From positions 6,033 to 70,032 of the forward strand of contig CAZMBI010000003.1 of assembly GCA_964564675.1 (NCBI GenBank): a DNA stretch of 64,000 nucleotides, in the 5' to 3' direction. The notes below the pieces were generated by a model. The model worked only from the letters and a program-made list of their open reading frames with translations. It did not search any database and had not been told where the DNA came from. The translations under genes and the position numbers were made by a program. This stretch comes from an uncultured Azospirillaceae bacterium. GTDB lineage: Bacteria; Pseudomonadota; Alphaproteobacteria; Rickettsiales; UBA3002. This document shows, piece after piece, positions 21,413 through 30,389 of this stretch; position 1 is the first letter of the stretch; every line of letters begins with the position of its first letter.

Positions 21413-22966
21413 ATGTCCTTGCTTAAATCCACTGCCATCATTGGCAGCCTGACATTCGTTTCGCGGATTTTCGGCTTTCTGCGTGACGTGCTGATTGCCA
21501 ATGTCATCGGCGCGAGCTGGCTGTCGGATGCGTTCTTTGTGGCCTTCAAACTGCCCAATTTCTTCCGCCGGCTATTTGCCGAGGGGGCATTTAATGCCGC
21601 CTTTGTGCCGCTTTTCACCGGCAAGCTGACGGCGGAAGGCAAAGACGCCGCCCTGCGTTTCGCCTCGGAAGTGCTGGTCGTGCTGTTACTGGTATTATTG
21701 CTGCTTAATGCGATTTTCCTGCTTTTCATGCCGTGGATTCTGCCGCTGTTTGCCCCCGGCTTTACCAACGAACCCGATAAATTCGCCCTGACCGTCACCC
21801 TGGCGCGTATCGCATTCCCATATATCCTGTTTATTTCGCTGGTTTCCCTGCTTGGCGGCATCTTGCATTCGCTGGGCCGTTTTGCCGCGATTGCGGCGGC
21901 GCCGATCCTGCTGAATATCTGCCTGATCGGGGCGCTGCTGGGGCTTGCCGCCTATACCGACACCCCGGCGCATGCGCTGAGCATCGGGGTCTTTCTCGCC
22001 GGCATCGTGCAGCTGATGTGGGTGGCGGCGGCCTGCCGGCGCGCCGATGCCCTGCCCGCCCTGCTGCGCCCGCGGCTGAGCGAACAGGTGCGCAAACTCT
22101 TCCACCTGATCGCCCCGGCCGCGCTGGGGGCTGGGGTGGCGCAGATCAATCTGCTGATCGATGTGGTGCTCGCCTCCACCTTCGCGGAAGGCGTGTCGTA
22201 TCTGTATTATGCCGACCGGCTCAATGAACTGCCCATCGGTGTGATCGGCGTGGCGGTGGGCACGGCGCTGCTGCCCATGCTCTCCCGCCAGATCCGCCAG
22301 GGGGCGCATGAGCAGGCGCGTGAGAGCCTCAACCGCGCCATTGAGCTGGTGCTGGTGTTTGGTCTGCCGGCGGCGGCGGCCCTGCTGGTGATCCCCGAGC
22401 CGATTACTCGTACGCTGTATGAACACGGCGCATTCAAACCCGCCGATACAGCCGCCACCTACACGGCGATGGCGGCCTTTGCCGCCGGCCTGCCCGCCTT
22501 CGTGCTGGTCAAGGTGCTGGCACCCGGGTTTTACGCCAATGAAGATACCAAAACGCCATTTTACATCGCGCTATTTTGTGTCGTGGTCAATCTGAGTTTT
22601 AACCTGATCCTGATGCAGTTTTACGCCCATGTCGGGCTGGCCATGGCCACCGCCATTGCCGGGTGGGTCAATGCCGGGCTGATGGCGCTGATTTTATTCC
22701 GCCGCCGTTTACTGGTGCCGGATGCGGCGCTGATCCGGCGCAGCGGGCGTATGGCGCTGGCCGCGCTAGGCATGGCCGGGGTGCTGCTGGCGCTTAATAC
22801 AGGGATGGCAGCGTGGCTGGCCGGGAACAAATGGCAGCAGGTTGGTGCTTTAAGCGTCCTGGTGCTGATCGGCGCGGCCGTTTATGGCGGGCTATGCCTG
22901 TGGCTAAAAGCGGTGGAGCCAGGCGAGATACGGCAACTGCTGAAGCGCCGCTCAGCCGAGCAATAA
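21413..22966 (+). CDS. murJ: lipid II flippase MurJ
   Basis: 517 aa. The N-terminus SRIFGFLRDVLIANVIGASWLSDAFFVAFKLPNFFRRLFAEGAFNAAFVP is canonical MurJ/MviN. Confidence 0.9.
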   Translation: MSLLKSTAIIGSLTFVSRIFGFLRDVLIANVIGASWLSDAFFVAFKLPNFFRRLFAEGAFNAAFVPLFTGKLTAEGKDAALRFASEVLVVLLLVLLLLNAIFLLFMPWILPLFAPGFTNEPDKFALTVTLARIAFPYILFISLVSLLGGILHSLGRFAAIAAAPILLNICLIGALLGLAAYTDTPAHALSIGVFLAGIVQLMWVAAACRRADALPALLRPRLSEQVRKLFHLIAPAALGAGVAQINLLIDVVLASTFAEGVSYLYYADRLNELPIGVIGVAVGTALLPMLSRQIRQGAHEQARESLNRAIELVLVFGLPAAAALLVIPEPITRTLYEHGAFKPADTAATYTAMAAFAAGLPAFVLVKVLAPGFYANEDTKTPFYIALFCVVVNLSFNLILMQFYAHVGLAMATAIAGWVNAGLMALILFRRRLLVPDAALIRRSGRMALAALGMAGVLLALNTGMAAWLAGNKWQQVGALSVLVLIGAAVYGGLCLWLKAVEPGEIRQLLKRRSAEQ

Positions 22967-23854
22967 CACCAGCATCACGCTGCCCACGGCAATCCGGTAC
23001 CAGGCAAAGGGGACAAAGCCATGGCGGCTGATGAAGGCGATGACACTGCGCACGACCAGCATGGCGGCGAGAAAAGCGGCGATAAAACCGGCCGCGATCA
23101 AACCCAGCCCCTCCGCGCTCACCGTCGCCCAGTTCTGATAAAGATCATAGACGGTAGCCGCCAGCATGGTCGGAATCGCCAGAAAAAAAGAGAATTCGGT
23201 AGCCGCCTTGCGGTCCACCTTCAGCAGCAGCGCCCCCATGATGGTCGCCCCCGAGCGCGAGGTGCCGGGTATCATAGCCAGGCACTGGCACAGGCCGATT
23301 TTCAGCGCCAGCGACCATGAGAAACGCTCCATCGTATGATGCTGCGGCGTGGGTTTATAGCGCTCGATCACAATGATGAGCACCCCGCCGATCACCAGCG
23401 TCACCGCCACCACCACCGGATCGAACAGCACCGATTTGATGAAGCCGTGCAAACCGGCGCCGATCACCATCGCCGGTAAAAACGCGATGAACAGGGTCAG
23501 CAGAAAATAAAGATTGGGTGTGGTCTGGACATTTACCCGCCGCCAGCCCGGCCCTTTCCCATCGATAGCGGAGGGAAATGGTTCCTGCCCCCGTTTATGC
23601 CAAACGCTCAGCAGCGGGTCCAGCTCCTGCCACGCACCGCATACCAGCGTAATAATCTTCTCGCGATACAGCCAGCACACCGCCAGAATCGCGCCGAGCT
23701 GGATAACGATTTCGAACAGCTTGCCCGGCGGGCCCTGAAATCCGATTAAATCGATCAACAAGATGAGATGACCGGTGGACGATACCGGGATAAACTCGGT
23801 GAGGCCCTCGACAAGGCCGAGCAAAAGCGCCTGCAGGAGATCGGTTACGCCCAT
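22952..23854 (-). CDS. uppP: undecaprenyl-diphosphate phosphatase
   Basis: 300 aa. Contains VEGLTEFIPVSSTGHL and PGTSRSGATI. One loop is longer than usual (see findings). Confidence 0.9.
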   Translation of the reverse strand: MGVTDLLQALLLGLVEGLTEFIPVSSTGHLILLIDLIGFQGPPGKLFEIVIQLGAILAVCWLYREKIITLVCGAWQELDPLLSVWHKRGQEPFPSAIDGKGPGWRRVNVQTTPNLYFLLTLFIAFLPAMVIGAGLHGFIKSVLFDPVVVAVTLVIGGVLIIVIERYKPTPQHHTMERFSWSLALKIGLCQCLAMIPGTSRSGATIMGALLLKVDRKAATEFSFFLAIPTMLAATVYDLYQNWATVSAEGLGLIAAGFIAAFLAAMLVVRSVIAFISRHGFVPFAWYRIAVGSVMLVLLLG

Positions 23855-23937
23855 AAAAGATTCCGGGTTACAGGTTTTTGGGTTTCAGGGTATCAGGATC
23901 ATGCCGGAAGCCGGAACCGTTCCCCTTGGAGTCTGTC

Positions 23938-24690
23938 TTAGTGAACATCCCGCCAGATGCGTTTCTTGGCCAGATAAAACAGCACGGTGAACACCGCCAG
24001 AAAGAGCATGACGCGCAGCCCCATGCGCTTGCGGGTTTCCATTTCCGGCTCGGCCGCCCATTGCAGGAAATTGACCACATCCTTCGTCTGTTGTTGGAGC
24101 GTGGCCTCGGTTCCGTCCTGATAGTCCACCATACCGTCCGACAAGGGCGGCGCCATGGCGATGAGTCCGCCCGCCATATAGGGATTATAATATTGGCCGG
24201 CGGCAAGCTCCATATCCGCCGGCGGATCTTCATAACCGGTCAGCAGGGAATAGACATAATTCGCGCCGTCGGGGCGGGCTTTGATAATCAGACTGAGATC
24301 GACCGGATAGGCCCCGTTATTCATGGCCCGCGCCATTTTCTCGTTGGGATAGGGCGAGGGAAACGTATCCGTCGGCCGGCCGGGGCGGTCATACATTTCA
24401 CCGTCATCGTTGGGCCCGTCTTCAAACGTGTATTGCGCAGCCAGCGCCTTGACTTCGGCTTCGCTGAAACCGACATCTTTCAGTTTGCGGAACGGGATAC
24501 GCGTCAATCCGTGGCAGGCAGAGCACACCTCGCGATAGACCTGCAGCCCGCGCTGGATGGAGAGCTCGTTGAAGCGGCCGAACACTCCATCAAACGCCCA
24601 GTCCATCTGTTTGGGTGATTTGGCGTCACCGGCGGCAAAGGCCGATGCGCTGATCAGAACGACCAGGCAGGAGAGAATCAAACGTGTCAC
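23938..24690 (-). CDS. petC: cytochrome c1 (bc1 complex)
   Basis: 250 aa with a signal peptide, heme motif CSACHG and a C-terminal TM anchor. Its start overlaps the petB stop by 4 bp. Confidence 0.9.
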   Translation of the reverse strand: MTRLILSCLVVLISASAFAAGDAKSPKQMDWAFDGVFGRFNELSIQRGLQVYREVCSACHGLTRIPFRKLKDVGFSEAEVKALAAQYTFEDGPNDDGEMYDRPGRPTDTFPSPYPNEKMARAMNNGAYPVDLSLIIKARPDGANYVYSLLTGYEDPPADMELAAGQYYNPYMAGGLIAMAPPLSDGMVDYQDGTEATLQQQTKDVVNFLQWAAEPEMETRKRMGLRVMLFLAVFTVLFYLAKKRIWRDVH

Positions 24691-26192
24691 GCGTACGCTT
24701 CCTTATGTTGCGAGGAGTGTTGCGACGATAAGATCGCCTCGCCGATACTTGCCGGCAGCGGCAGCGGTTTTTCCTTTTTGCCGAGAACAGGCAGCAAAAG
24801 CAAGAAGTGGAAAAAATAGTAACCGGTGGCAATCAGGCTGATGGAAATATCCACCAGGCTGTCGGCCAGCCATTCGGGTGCAGGGATGGCAAGCATGGCG
24901 GTGTTGGCAGCCTGAGCACAGCCTTCCTCGCCGGCGCAGAACACCACCAGAATGCCCCAGTCCGCGGTTTGTGAGCCGGCATAGCCCAGCACCAGACAGT
25001 CAATCACCAGCAGCCAGAAAAACCATTTATAGATAGGCCGGTAATTGGTGCTGCGCACGGGCGAGGTATCCAGCCAGGGCAGAGCGAACAGCAGCAGAAT
25101 CGAGCCGAACATGGCCAGCACGCCACCCAGCTTAGGGCTGATGGCCGCGCCGCCAAAACCGGCGATCGTCAGCACCAGACCCAGCACGCCGCTGATCATC
25201 ACGTAATTCAAAGCATATTTGTGTTTCCATAACCAAACCGCCAGACCGAGCGCGGGCAGGCCGATCATCCACAGCGGAATGCTGAAGGTAATAGCGCGCA
25301 AAATGGCATAAAACGGCAGGAAATACCATTCCGGCACGATATGCGCCGGAGTCACCAGCGGATCGGCCTCGATATAATTATCCGCATGGCCGAGATAGTT
25401 TGGCGCAAAAAACAGAAAGGCGGCAAACACCAGCAGGAATACCCCGAAGCCGAAGAAATCCTTCACCGTATAATAGGGATGAAAGGGAATCGTATCCTGC
25501 GGACCTTTAACATCAATGCCTTTGGGGTTGTTCGAGCCATAGGCATTGAGCGCGAGAATATGCAGAAATACCACGCCTACCGTCACGAAAGGCAGCAGAA
25601 AATGCAGTGCGAAGAAGCGGTTCAGCGTCGGGTTGTCGACCGAGAATCCACCCCACAGCCAGGTAACGATAGACTCACCGACCAGCGGCAAAGCCGAGAA
25701 CAGGTTGGTAATCACTGTCGCGCCCCAGAAACTCATCTGCCCCCAGGGCAGCACGTATCCCATGAAGGCGGTGGCCATCATCAGCAGCAGGATGATCACG
25801 CCCATCCACCACAATACTTCGCGCGGTGTTTTGTAGGAGCCGTAATACAGCCCCCTGAAAATATGGATGAATACCACAACAAAAAACATCGACGCACCGA
25901 CCGCGTGCATATAGCGAAGCAGCCAGCCATTATTGACGTTGCGCATGATATATTCTACCGAATCAAACGCGTGGTTGACATGCGGCACGTAGTGCATGGC
26001 CAGGAAAATCCCGGTGATGATCTGGGTGATCAGACACAACCCGGCGAGCGAACCAAAATTCCAGAAATAATTAAGGTTTTTCGGAGTCGGATGGCGGCGC
26101 CCCACCATCTTGTCGGTGGCGTAGATAATCGGCAGGCGGCTATCCAGCCAGCCGACCCAGCCTTTATACGGCGTATTATGATGCAATGCCAT
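24687..26192 (-). CDS. petB: cytochrome b (bc1 complex)
   Basis: 501 aa. Contains [18 protein letters not shown] and [13 protein letters not shown]. It appears longer than the alphaproteobacterial PetB sequences I remember. Confidence 0.95.
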   Translation of the reverse strand: MALHHNTPYKGWVGWLDSRLPIIYATDKMVGRRHPTPKNLNYFWNFGSLAGLCLITQIITGIFLAMHYVPHVNHAFDSVEYIMRNVNNGWLLRYMHAVGASMFFVVVFIHIFRGLYYGSYKTPREVLWWMGVIILLLMMATAFMGYVLPWGQMSFWGATVITNLFSALPLVGESIVTWLWGGFSVDNPTLNRFFALHFLLPFVTVGVVFLHILALNAYGSNNPKGIDVKGPQDTIPFHPYYTVKDFFGFGVFLLVFAAFLFFAPNYLGHADNYIEADPLVTPAHIVPEWYFLPFYAILRAITFSIPLWMIGLPALGLAVWLWKHKYALNYVMISGVLGLVLTIAGFGGAAISPKLGGVLAMFGSILLLFALPWLDTSPVRSTNYRPIYKWFFWLLVIDCLVLGYAGSQTADWGILVVFCAGEEGCAQAANTAMLAIPAPEWLADSLVDISISLIATGYYFFHFLLLLPVLGKKEKPLPLPASIGEAILSSQHSSQHKEAYA

Positions 26193-26203
26193 TGGTGACT
26201 CCT

Positions 26204-26746
26204 TTACCCAATGCGAATGGTCGTATCATTGACGAACTGATATTCCGGCACCACCAGATTGGTCGGCGCCGGGCCTTTGCGTATGCGACCGGCTGTATCA
26301 TAGTGAGACCCGTGACAGGGACAGAACCAGCCGTTATATTCCCCGGCGTTCTTACCGAGCGGCACACAGCCAAGATGCGTACAGATGCCGACCATAACCA
26401 GCCACTGCTCCTTGCCCTCTTTGACACGGGCCGAATCCGGCTGCGGATCGGGCAATGCCTCAAGGTTTACGGCAAGGGACTTTTCTATATCTTCCGGCGT
26501 GCGATGGCGAATAAATACCGGCTTGCCACGCCACATCACCTTGATTTCCTGACCTTCGGCAATGGGGGCCAGATTGACCTCGATCGTCGCCAGCGCCAGT
26601 ACGTCGGCGGCCGGGTTCATACTGTCGACAAAAGGCCAGACGGCGGCCGCTGCGCCCAGGCCCGCCATGGCCGAGGCCGACAGCACGATAAAGTCCCGGC
26701 GTTCGGGTTGTTCCGGTGAATCAGAATGAGCGGTATTGTCTTGCAT
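26204..26746 (-). CDS. petA: ubiquinol-cytochrome c reductase Rieske iron-sulfur subunit
   Basis: 180 aa with a Tat-like N-terminus (RRDF) and Rieske boxes CTHLGC and CPCHGSHYD. Confidence 0.95.
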   Translation of the reverse strand: MQDNTAHSDSPEQPERRDFIVLSASAMAGLGAAAAVWPFVDSMNPAADVLALATIEVNLAPIAEGQEIKVMWRGKPVFIRHRTPEDIEKSLAVNLEALPDPQPDSARVKEGKEQWLVMVGICTHLGCVPLGKNAGEYNGWFCPCHGSHYDTAGRIRKGPAPTNLVVPEYQFVNDTTIRIG

Positions 26747-26936
26747 CTCTCAAGCTCTACTTTAGAAAAATTCTAACCAATTTTCCAGTGTTTTGTTTGC
26801 TTCTCCGACCGTTTTATCTACGTGTGGCGGGGCACGTTGTGAAGCAAAAAATGCACACATATGTTATATAAGTCGCGTTGTCGTATGGAGACACTGGCGG
26901 GATGACTTTCCGGCTACGGCATGCTATGCGCCCTGT

Positions 26937-27389
26937 ATGCCGTCTGTGGTCTTATATCAGCCCGATATCGCTGCCAATTTCGGGGCCTTATTGCGCCTGT
27001 GCGCCTGTGTCGGTCTGCCGCTGCATGTGATTGAACCCTGCGGCTTTCCGCTGGATGATAAGCGCATGCGCCGCGCTGGCATGGATTATATCGCGCTGGC
27101 GGACTGGCAGCGTCATGCCGGGTGGGAGGACTTTACCGCCTACCGCGCCGCGCAGGGCGGGCGGTTGCTGCTGCTGACGACCAAAGCCGCCACCCTTTAC
27201 ACAGACTTTCGTTTTCATGCACAAGATATGCTGCTATTGGGGCGGGAAAGCGCCGGTGTGCCGGAGCAAGTCCACCAGACGGCCGATGCGAGGCTGCTGA
27301 TTCCGATGCAGCCGGGCGCCCGCTCACTTAATGTTGGCATGGCGGCGGCGATGGTTGTGGGCGAGATGAAACGGCAATTAGGGCATTAA
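26937..27389 (+). CDS. trmL: tRNA (cytidine/uridine-2'-O)-methyltransferase, SpoU/TrmL family
   Basis: Starting at the ATG at 26937 (MPSVVLYQPDIAANFGALLR...) gives a 150-aa SpoU-type protein with LLLGRESAGVP and IPMQPGARSLNVGMAAAMV. The track start at 26793 adds a Cys/Trp-rich leader across an AT-rich promoter region. Confidence 0.8.
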   Translation: MPSVVLYQPDIAANFGALLRLCACVGLPLHVIEPCGFPLDDKRMRRAGMDYIALADWQRHAGWEDFTAYRAAQGGRLLLLTTKAATLYTDFRFHAQDMLLLGRESAGVPEQVHQTADARLLIPMQPGARSLNVGMAAAMVVGEMKRQLGH

Positions 27390-27393
27390 ACGG

Positions 27394-28491
27394 ATGGTAT
27401 TAGAAGAAAAAAAACAACGCGCCAGCGAGTGGTTCCGCCAGTTGCGCGATATGATCTGCGCCGGCTACGAAGCGATTGAAGCCGAGTATGATGGTGACGG
27501 CGAGCCGGGCCGGTTCACCATCACCCCGTGGGAAAGGCCTGAGGGCGGCGGGGGCGAAATGGGCATGATGAAGGGCCGGGTGTTTGAAAAAGTAGGGGTG
27601 AATATTTCCATCGTCGAGGGTATGTTTGACGAGAAATTCCGTCGCGAGATTCCCGGCGCTTCCGACGATCCACGCTATTGGGCGGCCGGCATTTCACTGG
27701 TGGCGCATATGCACTCACCGCTGGTGCCGGCGGCGCATTTCAATACGCGCATGATCGTTATCGGGGGTGAGAGCCAAGCCGAGCAGGAGGCGAGCCGAGG
27801 AAGCCATTACAGACTCTGGTTCGGCGGCGGCGGCGATCTCAATCCGATGTACCCAGATGATCAGGATACGGCGGATTTTCATCAGGCGTTCCGGGATGCC
27901 TGCGACCCGTTTGACCCGGCCCTTTATCCGGCATTCGCAAACTGGTGCGACGAATATTTTTATATCCCTCATCGCGACATGACGCGCGGCGTGGGCGGGA
28001 TTTTTTATGATTATCTGGGGCTGAATACATTATACCCTCACCCTGCCCCTCTCCCTGAGGAAGAGGGAAGCGTTCGCTTCGCTCACGCGAATGGGGAACA
28101 AGAAAACCTCTCGTATTGGGAGAGTTCCAAACGCGATAGCGTTTCGGGTGAGGGTAAGATTGACCTTACCAAGTTCGGCAAGGGCGGCGTGGGCAAGGAG
28201 AAAACACAGGCCGGCATGGAAATTGCTGCCAACGCCGCGCTCGACTGGAATCAGGCCTTCGCCTTCACCCAGGCGGTGGGGCGCGCCTTTCGCGATATAT
28301 ACCCGACGCTCATCCGCCGCCATATGCACACGCCGTGGACGGCCGAGCAACGCGAATGGCAATTGCAAAAGCGCGGCTGGTATGCGGAATATAATTTATT
28401 GTATGACCGCGGCACCCGCTTCGGGCTGATGACCGGCGGCAATACGGACGCGATTCTGATGTCCCTGCCGCCGGTGGCGAAATGGCCGTGA
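27394..28491 (+). CDS. hemF: oxygen-dependent coproporphyrinogen III oxidase, carrying an in-frame repeat insertion
   Basis: 365 aa. Contains WFGGGGDLNP, YIPHRDMTRGVGGIFYDYL and RGTRFGLMTGGNTDAILMSLPP. It is about 65 aa longer than the HemF I recall from E. coli. Confidence 0.9.
   Translation: MVLEEKKQRASEWFRQLRDMICAGYEAIEAEYDGDGEPGRFTITPWERPEGGGGEMGMMKGRVFEKVGVNISIVEGMFDEKFRREIPGASDDPRYWAAGISLVAHMHSPLVPAAHFNTRMIVIGGESQAEQEASRGSHYRLWFGGGGDLNPMYPDDQDTADFHQAFRDACDPFDPALYPAFANWCDEYFYIPHRDMTRGVGGIFYDYLGLNTLYPHPAPLPEEEGSVRFAHANGEQENLSYWESSKRDSVSGEGKIDLTKFGKGGVGKEKTQAGMEIAANAALDWNQAFAFTQAVGRAFRDIYPTLIRRHMHTPWTAEQREWQLQKRGWYAEYNLLYDRGTRFGLMTGGNTDAILMSLPPVAKWP
28021..28240. repeat. palindromic hairpin-repeat element inserted in-frame in hemF
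   Basis: An 11-bp perfect inverted repeat, TACCCTCACCC (28033-28043) and GGGTGAGGGTA (28146-28156), encloses nested hairpins. These include CCCCTCTCCCTGAGGAAGAGGGAAG (28046-28070). The core resembles the copies in ampG and uppP. Confidence 0.7.
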
Positions 28492-28517
28492 TGGGGGTTA
28501 CATCCGCTCAATAGCAA

Positions 28518-29000
28518 TTACATTGACCGACCGGTACGGCCTCCGGCAGGAAAAAGCGGTTTATCAAAACGAGAAAGCGCTTCATCAAACAACTCGCCCA
28601 TCCACTCTTTGGTCGCTGCGGCATCTTTTCTGGTCTGTTCTTCTGTCCTTTGCTCCACGGCCTCAACAATGCCTGTGAGTAATGCTGGAAGATTTTGAAG
28701 TGCGGGGGACTCATTAGCCTTTTCTTCTACCGCGCTTTTTATTGCCTGCAGCCAATAACTGGCTTTTCCTTCCGTGTACGTGAGATGGGCATTATGGATG
28801 CGCCGTGATTCGTGATTAAAATAGTTGGTTATCAGCCCTTTCAGGGTTAGGTTCTGTTGCCCCGTCTCTGTATCCCGCGTGTATACTATCGCTGGATTAT
28901 CAATGGCTCGGGATATTTGAATACTATCTCTGGTATATATACCCAGCTCTTCTTTAAGTTCTGTGAGGATCACTTCATTTTCTGAAACTTCGCCCGGCAT
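28518..29000 (-). CDS. hypothetical protein (no recognisable family)
   Basis: 160-aa ORF with an ATG start in low-GC DNA. There is no TM segment or signal peptide. It is co-directional with the upstream 421-aa ORF. Confidence 0.5.
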   Translation of the reverse strand: MPGEVSENEVILTELKEELGIYTRDSIQISRAIDNPAIVYTRDTETGQQNLTLKGLITNYFNHESRRIHNAHLTYTEGKASYWLQAIKSAVEEKANESPALQNLPALLTGIVEAVEQRTEEQTRKDAAATKEWMGELFDEALSRFDKPLFPAGGRTGRSM

Positions 29001-29106
29001 TGTTAGCTATCCACTTCGTTGCAATTGATGTACTCGTTTTCCTCGTGTCGCCTTTATGTGCCGGTTATTAGCGCCTTCCTACATGGCATGGCTGCCCCTG
29101 GCACAA

Positions 29107-30372
29107 TCACCTTCTTATTTCCCTTCCTCCATTTGTTCTTTCACTCGTGATTTGCTCTGCTCTACTTGTTGGGGCATATAATGCGTCAGCCCGTTTCTTC
29201 AGCACGCCTAATCTTTCCTGATCGGCCATCAGCTCAACTTGTTTTCCGCTCCCTTCAAATTCCTCACGCAGCAATTTATTGCTGCGCAACGCATTGGCAA
29301 TCATTCGCGGCGGAGAGGTAAGGCCCTGTTTTTCAAGCTCCTCTGTCATCCGCCTTTGAAAAACGTCCCGCACCTGATCCGGAGGCGTTTGTTGTTTGGT
29401 TATGTCATGCATTACCGATCGCACTGTTTTGGAGACCACAGTCACAAAATAATTAGCAAGCTGCTGTCGCCTTGTTCTGGTTTCTGCCTGCGACTGATCT
29501 GATCGATCGTCATCTGGGCCGGATTCAGAGGATGGCGTTAGATGCGGTGCATTTCCGATATCGCTAAGACCCAACCCACCGCCTATGAGGTTTATCTCAT
29601 CAATTTGCTGTCCGATTGGATCATCCGGTCCGGCAGGCACTGTGCGCCGCATTTGCCTAACAAACTCGGTGTTTTCAATCACTTCCTGCAGTTGCTCTTG
29701 CAGCAACCGCCCATCCTCGGGCGCCCCGGCTTTGGCAAACAGCTCTTCAAACGCTTCTAAGTACAGCGCTATCAGCGGGTAGCCCGCCGCCTGAATCCAA
29801 CCGCCTAGGGAAATGGCCGGATAGGTTTGGGCGCCGAAATAATGTTTATGGGGTGGGTGCAAGCCCTGTTCTTGCAGATGGGAAAAGAACGCCTGCGTTA
29901 GTTGCTGCTTTGGCGTAAGGCCGGGATCTAATTCGTATGAGTTTTTATCCAGCGTTTCATTTATGGCGCTTGCGGCGGCCTCGTCGAATGCAAACACTAA
30001 TGCGTCATGATATGCTTTTTTATTTTCGGCTAGATGGTTATCGACAGTGGACTGAAAATGCGCTTGGTAGGCTGTCCGGATTTGTTCCTGACAATCGTTG
30101 ATTTTTCTATTTCTATCCCAAGACGGAGTTTTTTTTCCGAGCTTGCGTTCCTCTAATATTTTTACCAGTTCAGAGGAACTAAATATGCGATCGACAGCAT
30201 TTCCGAATGCTAAATATGCCTGCGCGAGCGGTCCGGCCTCTTCACGAGGTCTTCTAGCTTCTCGTTCCTCCAGAAGCCGCAGGTTTATTTGTTCGACATA
30301 GCCTGACACCATTTGATCCCAACCCGGATAATATGACTGATGCATTTCCAGCAGTATACTGGATTTCAGCAA
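29107..30372 (-). CDS. hypothetical protein (no recognisable family), two helical regions joined by a Ser/Asp/Pro-rich linker
   Basis: 421-aa uninterrupted ORF in about 45% GC DNA, which is unlikely by chance. The track start at 30372 is a TTG located 17 nt after the ampG stop. The first ATG is at 30345. Confidence 0.55.
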   Translation of the reverse strand: MLKSSILLEMHQSYYPGWDQMVSGYVEQINLRLLEEREARRPREEAGPLAQAYLAFGNAVDRIFSSSELVKILEERKLGKKTPSWDRNRKINDCQEQIRTAYQAHFQSTVDNHLAENKKAYHDALVFAFDEAAASAINETLDKNSYELDPGLTPKQQLTQAFFSHLQEQGLHPPHKHYFGAQTYPAISLGGWIQAAGYPLIALYLEAFEELFAKAGAPEDGRLLQEQLQEVIENTEFVRQMRRTVPAGPDDPIGQQIDEINLIGGGLGLSDIGNAPHLTPSSESGPDDDRSDQSQAETRTRRQQLANYFVTVVSKTVRSVMHDITKQQTPPDQVRDVFQRRMTEELEKQGLTSPPRMIANALRSNKLLREEFEGSGKQVELMADQERLGVLKKRADALYAPTSRAEQITSERTNGGREIRR

Positions 30373-30389
30373 AGGGCTTTATGATGATT

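Noticed and set aside
26747-26936. AT-rich 190-bp petA/trmL divergent spacer considered as a replication origin
   Set aside because: It has only one weak DnaA-box-like string (TTATCTACG) and is too short. It is better explained as divergent promoters.
28780-28810. RRIHNAH in the 160-aa orphan protein considered as a HEPN Rx4-6H RNase motif
   Set aside because: It is a single short match in the middle of the protein without the usual polar residue after Arg or any other HEPN features. That is too weak to support a toxin call without a profile or structure search.
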